Part shown: positions 1 to 9,272 of the stretch, piece after piece
Numbering within the stretch: position 1 is the stretch's first letter
Layout: each line of letters begins with the position of its first letter
DNA from: an uncultured delta proteobacterium
GTDB lineage: Bacteria > Desulfobacterota > Desulfomonilia > Desulfomonilales > Desulfomonilaceae
Length of the DNA: 64,000 nucleotides
NCBI GenBank assembly: GCA_963789265.1
Contig: CAWBKB010000001.1
Location: 2,496,001 to 2,560,000 of the forward strand
Reading direction: 5' to 3'
Translations under genes and position numbers: made by a program
The notes under the pieces: model-generated
Told to the model about the DNA's origin: nothing
Database searches by the model: none
What the model saw: only the letters and a program-made list of their open reading frames with translations

Positions 1-593
1 GGAATTCCAAACAACTTCCCAGCCTTTACATTGGATGTCCCCGCGCACCCGCCGATGTACGCGGCTCGAGCCCCGTACAAGGCTGCATCTACCCCGTGCG
101 CACGGCGGGTCCCGAAATCCACCAACGGATCCCCTTTCGTTGCTATGCACATCCGGGCCGCCTTTGTCGCAATTAGTGTTTGGTGCCCTACCAGGGCGAG
201 CAAAGTCGTCTCTAATATTTGAGCCTCCGGAATAGGGCCGACCACTCTTATCAACGGTTCATGCGGGAACACGATCGTACCTTCAGGCACCGCCCATATA
301 TCCCCTGAGAAACTTATGCCGGCCGCAAGCTGTTCAAGGGCCGGAGGAGAAAAGATCCCCAGGCTGCTCAGATACTTAATGTCATCGGGAAACGCGCGGA
401 GCTTGTTCACGTAATTGATAACGCTTTGAAGGCCTGCAAAAACGCAAAATGCTCCGTCATCGGGATTCTGGCGGTAGTACAGGTCGAAACAGGCTAGTTG
501 GTTTCCCTTGCCGAGCATCTTGTAACCCGCCGCCATGGTGAGTTCATAGAGATCGGTGTCCAGCGTATGATTTCGGCACCTGAGCCCGGCCAT
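1..593 (-). CDS. pncB: Nicotinate phosphoribosyltransferase (runs off the window; not in the ORF track)
   Basis: Manual translation from ATG at 593: MAGLRCRNHTLDTDLYELTMAAGY...VPEGTIVFPHEPL...ETTLL...DFGTRRAHG...GTSNV, all NAPRTase motifs; purine-rich RBS upstream. Confidence 0.92.
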   Translation of the reverse strand, partial: MAGLRCRNHTLDTDLYELTMAAGYKMLGKGNQLACFDLYYRQNPDDGAFCVFAGLQSVINYVNKLRAFPDDIKYLSSLGIFSPPALEQLAAGISFSGDIWAVPEGTIVFPHEPLIRVVGPIPEAQILETTLLALVGHQTLIATKAARMCIATKGDPLVDFGTRRAHGVDAALYGARAAYIGGCAGTSNVKAGKLFGI

Positions 594-697
594 GGCACAC
601 TCCCCGTCAACCTCCCCAATTGTGCAGCCTGTTTCGCAATCAACCAATTCCACGGTGTCCAACAGCTTGCCTGAGCATGGATCTTTCAGGACGGGCT

Positions 698-1765
698 TCA
701 TGTCGTACCTTCCTCCGTCTGCCTTTCAAAATATTCTTCAAAAGCCTTGAGGTAAGGGTCAGAGGCTGTCCCCCATTCGGTTACGATGCCGGTTATCAGC
801 TCATGCGGAGTGACATCAAAGGCAATATTGCGCGCTTGAACGCCTTCCGGGGCTATTGAGACACCACAAAGGTGAGTAACTTCCCTCGGATCACGTTCCT
901 CTATTGGGATTTCCCGACCCGATGCGAGAGACATATCTATGGTGGAAAGTGGAGCGGCAACATAAAATGGGATTTTGTGATAATCAGCCAAAACGGCTAC
1001 GGAATAAGTCCCTATCTTATTGGCCGCGTCCCCGTTTGAGGCTATGCGATCCGCTCCAACGATTACTTTATTTACTTCACCACGCTGCATCAGCGCGCCC
1101 GCGGTATTGTCCGGAATCAGCGTCACAGGAATGCCCAGTTTATGGAGTTCCCAGGAGGTAATCCGCGCGCCTTGATTGAGAGGCCTCGTCTCATCCGAAA
1201 TGACTCTGATGTTCTTTCCTTCTTCGAAGGCTGCTCTGATGACACCCAACGCCGTGCCGTAACCTGCGGTGGCAAGCCCGCCGGCATTACAGTGTGTCAA
1301 AACCGTGTCGCCGTCCTTGAGGAGCCCACTTCCTGCACGGCCGATCCTCTCACATAGCTGTCGGTCCTCTTGTTCCATTAGGACTGCTTCTTCCACGAGG
1401 CGGTCCTTGAGCTGCTGCGACGTCACGTCCTTACATGAGCCAAAAACCTTTTTCATCCTGGCTATGGCCCAGAAAAGATTGACGGCCGTGGGCCGCGTAG
1501 ATCCTATTTGGCGACAGACATCTTCGAAATGACGGACAACGGACTCCTTGTTGCCACCAGGCGCCTTGAGCATGCCTAGAGCAATTCCCATCGCGGCGGC
1601 AACCCCTATGGCCGGGGCCCCGCGCACCGCCAGTCGCCGTATCGCGTCGCACATCTGATCGACAGAACGAATCTGTATGTATTCCTCCTGCCGCGGAAGA
1701 AGAGTCTGGTCAAGAAGCCTTATGTGGTCGCTCTTCCACTCGATGGTTCTGAAAGGATCTTGCAA
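698..1765 (-). CDS. mtnA: S-methyl-5-thioribose-1-phosphate isomerase
   Basis: LLDQTLLP, VRGAPAIG, TRPTAVNL, THCNAGGLAT, ETRP, GADRI, ANKIGTY motifs; start placed at TTG 1765 behind GGAGG. Confidence 0.95.
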   Translation of the reverse strand: MQDPFRTIEWKSDHIRLLDQTLLPRQEEYIQIRSVDQMCDAIRRLAVRGAPAIGVAAAMGIALGMLKAPGGNKESVVRHFEDVCRQIGSTRPTAVNLFWAIARMKKVFGSCKDVTSQQLKDRLVEEAVLMEQEDRQLCERIGRAGSGLLKDGDTVLTHCNAGGLATAGYGTALGVIRAAFEEGKNIRVISDETRPLNQGARITSWELHKLGIPVTLIPDNTAGALMQRGEVNKVIVGADRIASNGDAANKIGTYSVAVLADYHKIPFYVAAPLSTIDMSLASGREIPIEERDPREVTHLCGVSIAPEGVQARNIAFDVTPHELITGIVTEWGTASDPYLKAFEEYFERQTEEGTT

Positions 1766-1894
1766 TGGTCCGCCTCCGGAACTCAGCGCTTTGAAGGCAA
1801 ACTTGTATTTCGCCTTTATGGACAAGTAAATTAGCGGTCGGCTGGAAAATAGTCAATCCTTGGGCATCCCTCAGACCGCGGACAGGGGCCAAAG

Positions 1895-1990
1895 GCAGCT
1901 TAATTATTATAATTTAATAATATATAATCAAGATATTGTATAATATTTATAATAAAACGCTTGAGATTTTTCCATGATGCTGCTATATGA
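1895..1990 (+). promoter_or_regulatory. Very AT-rich tract (UP-element-like) with sigma70-like promoter TTGAGA-N17-TATATG
   Basis: TTGAGA 1961-1966, TATATG 1984-1989, preceded by about 60 nt of almost pure A/T between divergent genes. Confidence 0.45.
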
Positions 1991-2017
1991 ATACGAAAAA
2001 TGACGAGAGGGCCCACG

Positions 2018-2366
2018 ATGAACCTCAAATTCGCTATCGTAGTCCTTTTGACTGTGTCCTTCATGCTCTTGTCAGCTACTGCGCCGGTCTATTGCGAAAG
2101 AACCTTGTCCCTCACCGTCTGCCAGGAGCTTGTTAACTCCGCTCGTTCTTACGAGGCACGTTCGACGTATCACAACCAAGCTGCCAAGGCATATATGGCA
2201 CAAATCCAGTCCTTTGCCAAACAGCCCACTAACCAGAACACAAGCGCGGTAATGGATAACCTTTTTACTCAGTACAGACGAGCAACGGGTGTTGGAACGC
2301 AAGTTTCTGGATCTCTATCGCCAGGCGTCAGACGAAGCCAACAAGTGCATGAAATCGGCCCAATGA
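2018..2366 (+). CDS. Small secreted helical protein (probable +1 frameshift near 2275)
   Basis: Signal peptide MNLKFAIVVLLTVSFMLLSATAPVYC; removing one A after QY gives DEQRVLERKFLDLYRQASDEANKCMKSAQ*. Confidence 0.6.
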
Positions 2367-2734
2367 TCGGCAATAGGCCGGCCTGGACTCATAAGCGACA
2401 GCCCGTCACCTGAGCGTTGAGCCTACGAATTTAAGCAAACCGATAGGCGATGCAGGCATTTTGATCGGCGACCTTCCGGGGGAGTTATGTGCTCCCCCAC
2501 CCACCTTCACTTCGCATACTCCTCGAAACTATTTGCAACGCGTCAAATTGTGGCTCTTCTCGCGTAAGACCGTACCGGAATTGAAAAGCAAAGAAGATGC
2601 GCTTTCTGCCTTCCTGCGCTCGCACCGACCAAACGAGTAGACTAAGCACCCCAATGATGCCGTGCTCCGCTGCCATACCATTTCGCCGCTTACTTCAATT
2701 GCCCCTTAAGACAGGCAGAGCCAACAATTTGCGT

Positions 2735-3478
2735 CTACTTATGCCTGCCATGGGGATGACTTGAGGCAGAACCCGAGTCCAGTTGCTTCAGATTGTGCTT
2801 TTCTTCATGAAAAACTTGGGTGGTACCCTTCTCTTTGTGTTTCTGAGTGCCCTCTTCCAAAAAGACTTTCTTGTTGCCCTTGCTGTGGGAAACGATTTTA
2901 CCGGTCTTGTTATAGACCGTCTTGCTTAAAACATTGCCTTTCGCGCCAGTCACCGTGCTCTTGTGATTTCCATTTTCTTCATATACCGTTTCTATCGTGG
3001 TTCCATTCCCACTGATTGTGGTAATCGACTTCCCCGTGCCGCTCTTGTCGTATATAGTCACGCCAGACCCACTGCCGCCGCCCGGTTGATTGACGCCCAC
3101 ATTTACTGGAGGTTGGAGGCCGATTGGCCCCTTTGGTGGAGAACTACTGCCACCACCGGGTTGATTGACACCCACATTTACCGGAGGCTGGCCGCCCCAC
3201 TTTTTTGGTGGAGTGCCGGGTGGGAACATTGGTGGCATCGCGTTAGTAGCTCCGGATGTCGCCCCAGAGCCGCAGCAGGACACGAACTTGAGACCGCACT
3301 TGCCTATGCATGCCGCACGAGCGCTGCCGTCACGCCCATCAGGTCTATAGGCACAACTATTCATACACCTGTTATATTGGTCCACACACCTGGCCGACGC
3401 GGGACCTGCTGTGGCCAAAATGAAAATGGTAAGGGCTGCCGCTGTCATTAACGCAATTCCAAGTGATGTTTTAGGCAT
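2735..3478 (-). CDS. Secreted protein: Cys-rich N-domain, Pro/Gly repeats, basic His-rich tail
   Basis: Signal peptide ending ASA; CX6CX3C...CX3CX6CC; QPPVNVGVNQPGGGS twice; AGAGGAG RBS. Confidence 0.75.
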   Translation of the reverse strand: MPKTSLGIALMTAAALTIFILATAGPASARCVDQYNRCMNSCAYRPDGRDGSARAACIGKCGLKFVSCCGSGATSGATNAMPPMFPPGTPPKKWGGQPPVNVGVNQPGGGSSSPPKGPIGLQPPVNVGVNQPGGGSGSGVTIYDKSGTGKSITTISGNGTTIETVYEENGNHKSTVTGAKGNVLSKTVYNKTGKIVSHSKGNKKVFLEEGTQKHKEKGTTQVFHEEKHNLKQLDSGSASSHPHGRHK

Positions 3479-3945
3479 TAGCTTTTCTCCTCTTGCCGCG
3501 GATGTCCCCGTTTGAACGCAAGCAATTCCTTTTGAAGAATTTGATGCAGAATAGATCCGAATGATTCAAGCAAACCTGACTACAGGTTAGGAATTGAATT
3601 GAGATCGCTAGCCGTTCTGATACGGGTTCGCGATCAAATGATGAACAATCTAAATAAGCACGGATCCGACAAAGCCTCCCACGGGACGCGGTATGCCACC
3701 CAGGACCTTTGGTTCACCGGAAGCTGGGTGCCACTGACCTGAGCGCCATTCTTCGCGCCAGGTCAGTGCCGGTCTTGGTATAATACCGATTTTCACTGTT
3801 TGAGAGGCAACTCGTATGAGTGAGCCCCGAGAGCAGTTAGAATACAGGTGCCAATTAAGCGTCTCGTTAGGTACGCGCTTGCGCGCAGAGCCTGAAAATT
3901 GTGAGTAAGCTGGCCGCGTTCTGCGCGACATGGTATGAACAAGCC

Positions 3946-4860
3946 ATGAACGAGAAAGCCGAAAGTCAATCCTGGGTCACACTGAACATTGCGCTACCGA
4001 TGGAAATGGCCGATGCGATAATGAACTTCCTCCACGAACTCGGATCAAAAGGTGTGGTCGTGGACGACACGGATCCCGAACAGACGCGCATAACAACTTA
4101 CTTTCCTGCAGAGGAATGGGACACTGTATACGAACGACTCAGGAGATACCTGGCCGCGTTGCGCGATATTTTCCCGGACCTGCCGGCCCCTGCCGTAGAA
4201 ACAACAGCGCTACAAAACGAAAACTGGGCTCTGACCTGGAAGGCCCATTTCAAAAGCGTGAAGGTCGGCCAGCGCCTAATCATAACCCCGCCGTGGCTCA
4301 AGCCCAGGAGCAGGAATAGAGAAGTCATCATAATCGAACCAGCCGCGGCCTTCGGCACTGGAACCCATGAGACCACCCGAAGCTGCCTCATTTTGCTAGA
4401 AGAAGCACTTGCCGTGATGAACAGCGTTCGGGAGACCCCCACGCTTCTGGATGTGGGTTGCGGTTCCGGCATTCTGGGGATAGCGGCAATAAGACTGGGG
4501 GCCGGTCACGTAGTGGCGGTGGATAACGATCCTGTGGCGGTAGAGGCAGCGGAAAAGAACGCTCTTCTCAACAAAGTGCAGGACAAGCTTCAGCTCAAGT
4601 GTGCTCCTGTGAAGGACTTGACCGGCCAATTCGACATTGTAGCAGCGAATCTGGATCCAATGACTCTCACTGCAAACCGAGACAAGCTGATCGCATTGAC
4701 GGGCCATTACTTGATCGTTTCGGGAGTTCCTCTGGATCAGTGGCAGGGGATTAGAAACCTGTTTGTCAGCCATGACCTTGTTCTCATAAGAGAAATCACG
4801 GAATCGGAGTGGGGGACAGGACTGTTCGGCAAGGATCTGGAGCGGCCGATAACACGATGA
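3946..4860 (+). CDS. prmA: Ribosomal protein L11 methyltransferase
   Basis: W..W..HF, IEPAAAFGTGTHETT, LDVGCGSGIL, DNDPVA motifs. Confidence 0.93.
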   Translation: MNEKAESQSWVTLNIALPMEMADAIMNFLHELGSKGVVVDDTDPEQTRITTYFPAEEWDTVYERLRRYLAALRDIFPDLPAPAVETTALQNENWALTWKAHFKSVKVGQRLIITPPWLKPRSRNREVIIIEPAAAFGTGTHETTRSCLILLEEALAVMNSVRETPTLLDVGCGSGILGIAAIRLGAGHVVAVDNDPVAVEAAEKNALLNKVQDKLQLKCAPVKDLTGQFDIVAANLDPMTLTANRDKLIALTGHYLIVSGVPLDQWQGIRNLFVSHDLVLIREITESEWGTGLFGKDLERPITR

Positions 4861-4864
4861 TGCA

Positions 4865-5383
4865 TTAATTAGAGCGGTCAGATTCCGATCGTTCCAGCAG
4901 AAAATGCAGAAAGAAAAGAGCGGTGCCCACGCAAAGGGAAGCGTCGCCAACATTGAACGTGGGCCAATGGAAATTCCCAACGTAAACATCGATGAAGTCA
5001 ATAACTTCACCGAACCTTACTCTGTCCACAAGGTTCCCTCCGGCCCCCCCGAAAAAAAGGGCCAATCCGACGAGCAGGTAGGTGTCAATGCGCTCGGATG
5101 CGCCGACCATCCATACTATGCCCACCAGAGCGATCACTGAAACGAGCACAAGAAATAGCGAACTCAAATGCGTTGAGGAGTCCGCGAGAATTCCGAACGC
5201 AGCTCCGGGATTTCTTGTATGCACCAGGTCGAGAAAGCCGGGGATGATCTCCACCCACCTATGTAAAGGTATAGACGTTGCAACCAGACACTTTGTCACC
5301 TGGTCGGATACTAGCACGACCAGCGCTATCACAACGAACGCGAGAAGTTTTTTTCCGCCGGCTATGGCCTGCCTCCTTTCCAT
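4865..5383 (-). CDS. lspA: Lipoprotein signal peptidase II (start at ATG 5383 or ATA 5365)
   Basis: DQVTK, NPGAAFG, GNLVDR, VIDFID, FNVGD; follows ileS as in the usual ileS-lspA operon. Confidence 0.93.
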   Translation of the reverse strand: MERRQAIAGGKKLLAFVVIALVVLVSDQVTKCLVATSIPLHRWVEIIPGFLDLVHTRNPGAAFGILADSSTHLSSLFLVLVSVIALVGIVWMVGASERIDTYLLVGLALFFGGAGGNLVDRVRFGEVIDFIDVYVGNFHWPTFNVGDASLCVGTALFFLHFLLERSESDRSN

Positions 5384-5386
5384 ACT

Positions 5387-5572
5387 GTAATAATTTACCG
5401 CGGAGATCGCAGAGATCGCAGAGAGATTTTGGAGGTTTCTTTCAAAATGCGCTGCATCGGCTTCAGTCCTTGGCAGGGCAGATATTGGACCCACCGACTC
5501 TCGTGCGAGTAACCTTCTGCATTCCCAAAAGGACAATGAAATTCTCTGCGTTCTCTGCGAACTCTGCGGTGC
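5387..5572. repeat. Intergenic element with imperfect inverted ends of 9-nt period (CCGCGGAGATCGCAGAGATCGCAGAG ... CTCTGCGTTCTCTGCGAACTCTGCGG)
   Basis: Inverted ends visible; homologous element at 16238-16420. Confidence 0.75.
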
Positions 5573-5609
5573 GTTCTTTCTCTCTGGTGAACGGTCACGC
5601 CATGCTTTT

Positions 5610-8423
5610 CTATTCCCCGGTCTTGATGCCCGATTCCCTCAAGACCCCTGCGCACCTCGAACAAACCTCCGGATAATCCTTGGCCGAACCAACGTCGGGG
5701 GTCCACGTCCAACACCTTGGGCACTTATCGCCCTCGCTGCGGGAAACCGTGATCCGGGCTTGGGGAAGAGTCCCATCCGCCTCAGCTTCAGGGTTGGAAC
5801 CGGCCACAGTTCTCACTTCCAATTGAGAGACGATAAAGAAGCCCTTGGCATCCTCCATTTCCGAGATTGCCGCGGTCACTTCCTGCGGGGCCTCAATGAG
5901 CACTTTCGCTTCCAACGAAGAACCTATGAGCTTCTCAGCCCGTGCATTTTCCAGAGCCTTTGAGACTTCTTGCCGCAGTGCAAGCATTTTTTCCCATCGG
6001 CCTTTCTCGGCATCGGTCATTTCCACAGCCGGGATCGGGTCAGGAAACGACGACAGGTGCACGCTCCAGGGCCCACCGCTTTCTTCGCCGAAAAGCGACC
6101 AGACCTCCTCCGACGTGAAGGACAAGATGGGAGCCATCAGCCTCACCAAAGCCGACAGAATGTAGTAGAGAGCCGTCTGAGCAGATCTTCGCAACGCCCC
6201 GTCAGTTTTTTCCACATATAGACGGTCCTTTAGAATATCCAAGTAAAGAGAAGAGAGATCCACCGTACAGTAATTATATAGTGTGTGGAACACTACGTGG
6301 AATTCAAAGTCCTCGTAAGCAGTGCGGACCCTCCGTATAATCCTGTTGAGCACTTCTAGTGCAAATCGATCCAACTCTCTCATTTGCGAGGGTTCGATCA
6401 GATGCTCCTGGGGGCTGAAATCCGACAGGTTCCCAAGAAGGAATCGGCATGTGTTGCGTATGCGTCGATAAGCTTCGGAAAGACGCTCCAATATTTCACG
6501 GGAGATCCTGATGTCGTCCCGATAGTCTTCAGCGGATACCCACAGCCTTAGGATGTCGGCACCGTATTTATTTATCATTTCCTGTGGTTGAATCACGTTG
6601 CCAAGGGACTTGGACATCTTTTTCCCCTGACCGTCGACCACGAAACCGTGGGTGAGCACACTCGCGTAGGGCGCACGCTGTCTCGTACCCACGGACGTCA
6701 ATAGTGCGCTGTGGAACCAGCCGCGGTGCTGGTCGCTCCCTTCCAGATAAAGCTGGCAAGGGTAAACCAATCCTTTGCGCTGTTCGCACACAGCCGCCCA
6801 ACTTACTCCCGAATCAAACCAGACATCGAGGATATCCGTTTCTTTAACGATAGAGGAACCCTTGCATGAAGGGCAAGTAAGCCCCTGTGGGGCAAAGTCG
6901 GCGACTTCAGCCTCAAACCACACATCAGCCCCTTTTTCCTCGAACATGCGAGCGGCCGTCTCGAAGAGGTCCGGAGGAGCAATAATCTCATCGCAATCCG
7001 AGCATCTCATGGCCGTGATAGGCACCCCCCAACTCCTCTGGCGGGATATGCACCAGTCGGGGCGATGCTGGATCATCCCATAAATCCTGTCTCGTCCCCA
7101 TCTCGGTATCCACGCAACAGTATCTATGGCTTTCAACGCGTTGTTGCGGAGGCCGGTCCGTTCCATGGAGATGAACCACTGATGCGTCGCCCTGAATATT
7201 ACCGGCCGCTTGCAGCGCCAGCAATGAGGATAGCTGTGTTCCATGGTCTCGGATGCCAGCAAAGCCCCCACCTCTTTGAGCTTACGGATTACGTCTTCAT
7301 TTGCATCAAAGACAAATTTGCCGGCAAAAAATTCTGCTTCGTCCGTGAAGACACCGTGGTCGTCGACCGGGGCAAAGACTTCAAGATTGTATTTCAGTCC
7401 AACTTCGTAATCTTCCTGCCCATGGCCCGGGGCGATGTGCACGCAGCCTGTGCCTGTGTCCAACGTGACAAAAGGCGCCAATATGATGACTGACTCGCGA
7501 TCGTAAATCGGGTGCTGGCACTTAAGCCCCTCCAGCACGCTTCCTCTGAAGGTGGCAATAACCCGATAGTTTGCGATTCCGAACGATTCCATATTGATCG
7601 GCACTAGTCTTTCAGCGAGAATGAGGACTTCGTCACCGGCTTCCACCGCAGCATAAGATTCGTCAGGATGTACTGCTACGGCCAGGTTCGCGGGAATCGT
7701 CCACGGAGTGGTGGTCCAGATGACCACAGATACGTTCTTGCCCTTTAGTTCGGGGATTCGAGTGGAGAAATCGTCAATGGCCGGAAACTTGACGTATATC
7801 GACGGCGCGGAAGAATCCGCGTACTCAACTTCCGCTTCAGCGAGAGCCGTCACGCATGATGCGCACCAATAGACAGGCTTCTTTCCGCGGTAAACCGAGC
7901 CATTGGCGAAGAACTTGCCGAGTTCTCTGACAATGGTGGCTTGGTACCTGTAGTTCATGGTCAAGTAAGGATCTTCCCACTCGCCGAACACTCCAAGCCT
8001 TCTAAACTCTTCTCGCTGCACATTTATGAATTTTTCGGCATATATTCGGCAGTGCCGGCGGATTTCAACGCTACTCATCCGGAGCTTTTTGGCGCCAAGC
8101 TCTTTGTCTACCTGATGCTCGATGGGTAGGCCGTGACAGTCCCAGCCCGGCACGTAATCCGAGTCGAAACCGGCCATAAATTTCGATTTGACAATCATGT
8201 CCTTGAGAATTTTGTTTAGAGCCGTTCCAAGATGAATATGGCCGTTTGCATACGGAGGGCCGTCATGGAGTATGTATTTTTCCCTTCCGAAACTTGCATC
8301 GAGGATGTTCTTGTAAAGATTCTGCGATTCCCATTTGTTCAGTATATCGGGCTCTCTCTTGGGCAGGCCGGCTTTCATGGGAAACTGAGTTTTCGGTAAA
8401 TTAAGGGTCTCCTTATAATCCAT
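5610..8423 (-). CDS. ileS: Isoleucyl-tRNA synthetase
   Basis: HDGPPYANGHIHLGT, GWDCHGLPIE, WTTTPWT, EGSDQHRGWF, KMSKS, C-terminal CPRC...CSRC. Confidence 0.99.
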   Translation of the reverse strand: MDYKETLNLPKTQFPMKAGLPKREPDILNKWESQNLYKNILDASFGREKYILHDGPPYANGHIHLGTALNKILKDMIVKSKFMAGFDSDYVPGWDCHGLPIEHQVDKELGAKKLRMSSVEIRRHCRIYAEKFINVQREEFRRLGVFGEWEDPYLTMNYRYQATIVRELGKFFANGSVYRGKKPVYWCASCVTALAEAEVEYADSSAPSIYVKFPAIDDFSTRIPELKGKNVSVVIWTTTPWTIPANLAVAVHPDESYAAVEAGDEVLILAERLVPINMESFGIANYRVIATFRGSVLEGLKCQHPIYDRESVIILAPFVTLDTGTGCVHIAPGHGQEDYEVGLKYNLEVFAPVDDHGVFTDEAEFFAGKFVFDANEDVIRKLKEVGALLASETMEHSYPHCWRCKRPVIFRATHQWFISMERTGLRNNALKAIDTVAWIPRWGRDRIYGMIQHRPDWCISRQRSWGVPITAMRCSDCDEIIAPPDLFETAARMFEEKGADVWFEAEVADFAPQGLTCPSCKGSSIVKETDILDVWFDSGVSWAAVCEQRKGLVYPCQLYLEGSDQHRGWFHSALLTSVGTRQRAPYASVLTHGFVVDGQGKKMSKSLGNVIQPQEMINKYGADILRLWVSAEDYRDDIRISREILERLSEAYRRIRNTCRFLLGNLSDFSPQEHLIEPSQMRELDRFALEVLNRIIRRVRTAYEDFEFHVVFHTLYNYCTVDLSSLYLDILKDRLYVEKTDGALRRSAQTALYYILSALVRLMAPILSFTSEEVWSLFGEESGGPWSVHLSSFPDPIPAVEMTDAEKGRWEKMLALRQEVSKALENARAEKLIGSSLEAKVLIEAPQEVTAAISEMEDAKGFFIVSQLEVRTVAGSNPEAEADGTLPQARITVSRSEGDKCPRCWTWTPDVGSAKDYPEVCSRCAGVLRESGIKTGE

Positions 8424-8565
8424 TGGCGCCTCCGGACCAGCGGTTTCCGCCGCGAGCGTTCGGTCAATTCGGCGGTGGCCCGCGTTTCTTCGTAAACATT
8501 TTACCTTAACAGGGGACGCTGCAAAGTCAACTCAAATCCCGCGGAATGCGTAAGCAATCAGTCTT

Positions 8566-8700
8566 GTGGGGCGGTCCCGCGAGGCGCGGGAAAGCAATCT
8601 TTTCCTTTAAACGCCGCTTAGATTGCCGGTGGGACGTCCCGCGCGAACGCGGGATTGCCCGTCATCCCTAATAGACAGGCTGGAAGCCTGTCCCACCATG
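8566..8700. repeat. REP-like cluster (GGTGGGAC...GACAGGCTGGAAGCCTGTCCCACC) with two embedded TCCCGCG-N-CGCGGGA palindromes
   Basis: Palindromes at 8575-8591 and 8637-8654; same REP family as 40957-41064. Confidence 0.75.
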
Positions 8701-8844
8701 CACGCCTCGCAATGACAGACAACGTGCTATTCCTCCCGGTAAGTGAATGCTTGCAATAATATTGAATCCGTTTGGGGGATATATTATGCTGCAAAGGGTA
8801 TTTAGATCTCTCACCATTCCTATGTACAGATAATGGAGGGGCAA

Positions 8845-9255
8845 GTGGCTCTCAGCAGCACACCTCGCATCCTTCTTGCCAAACCCGGGCTCGACGGGCA
8901 CGACCGCGGAGCCAAAGTGGTGGCCCATGCCTTGAAGGATGCCGGATTCGAGGTCATTTACACCGGCCTCCATCAAACCGTGGAAATGATCGTGCAGGCG
9001 GCAATTCAAGAGGATGTAGATGTGATCGGACTGTCCATAATGTCCGGGGCACACGTTCCCATTTGCCGAAAGCTCTTGAATCTGTTGAAGGATAAAGAAG
9101 CCGGGGACATCATGGTGCTCGTCGGAGGCGTGATACCGAGCCGCGACATCCCCGTGCTGAAGGCTATGGGAGTCGCGGGGGTCTTCCCCGGAGGTTGTGA
9201 CATAGACACTCCTGCCGCGTTTATCAGGGAACAACTCAAAAAGAGAGCGGACTGA
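8845..9255 (+). CDS. Stand-alone cobalamin-binding domain (acyl-CoA mutase small subunit)
   Basis: AKPGLDGHDRGAKVV (DxHxxG), GLSIMSGAH, VGGVIP; GTG start behind GGAGG. Confidence 0.92.
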   Translation: MALSSTPRILLAKPGLDGHDRGAKVVAHALKDAGFEVIYTGLHQTVEMIVQAAIQEDVDVIGLSIMSGAHVPICRKLLNLLKDKEAGDIMVLVGGVIPSRDIPVLKAMGVAGVFPGGCDIDTPAAFIREQLKKRAD

Positions 9256-9272
9256 TTCCTCAGGGGGCGATC

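Noticed and set aside
3661..3731. c-di-GMP-I riboswitch
   Set aside because: Only loose words (ACAAAGCC, GGGACGC); no GNRA-capped P2 or GCAAA junction in the right order
5384..5536. N-terminal extension of lspA in the ORF track
   Set aside because: Is the translated repeat (SAISAISAVN mirrors SAVPAISAVN near 16385-16415)
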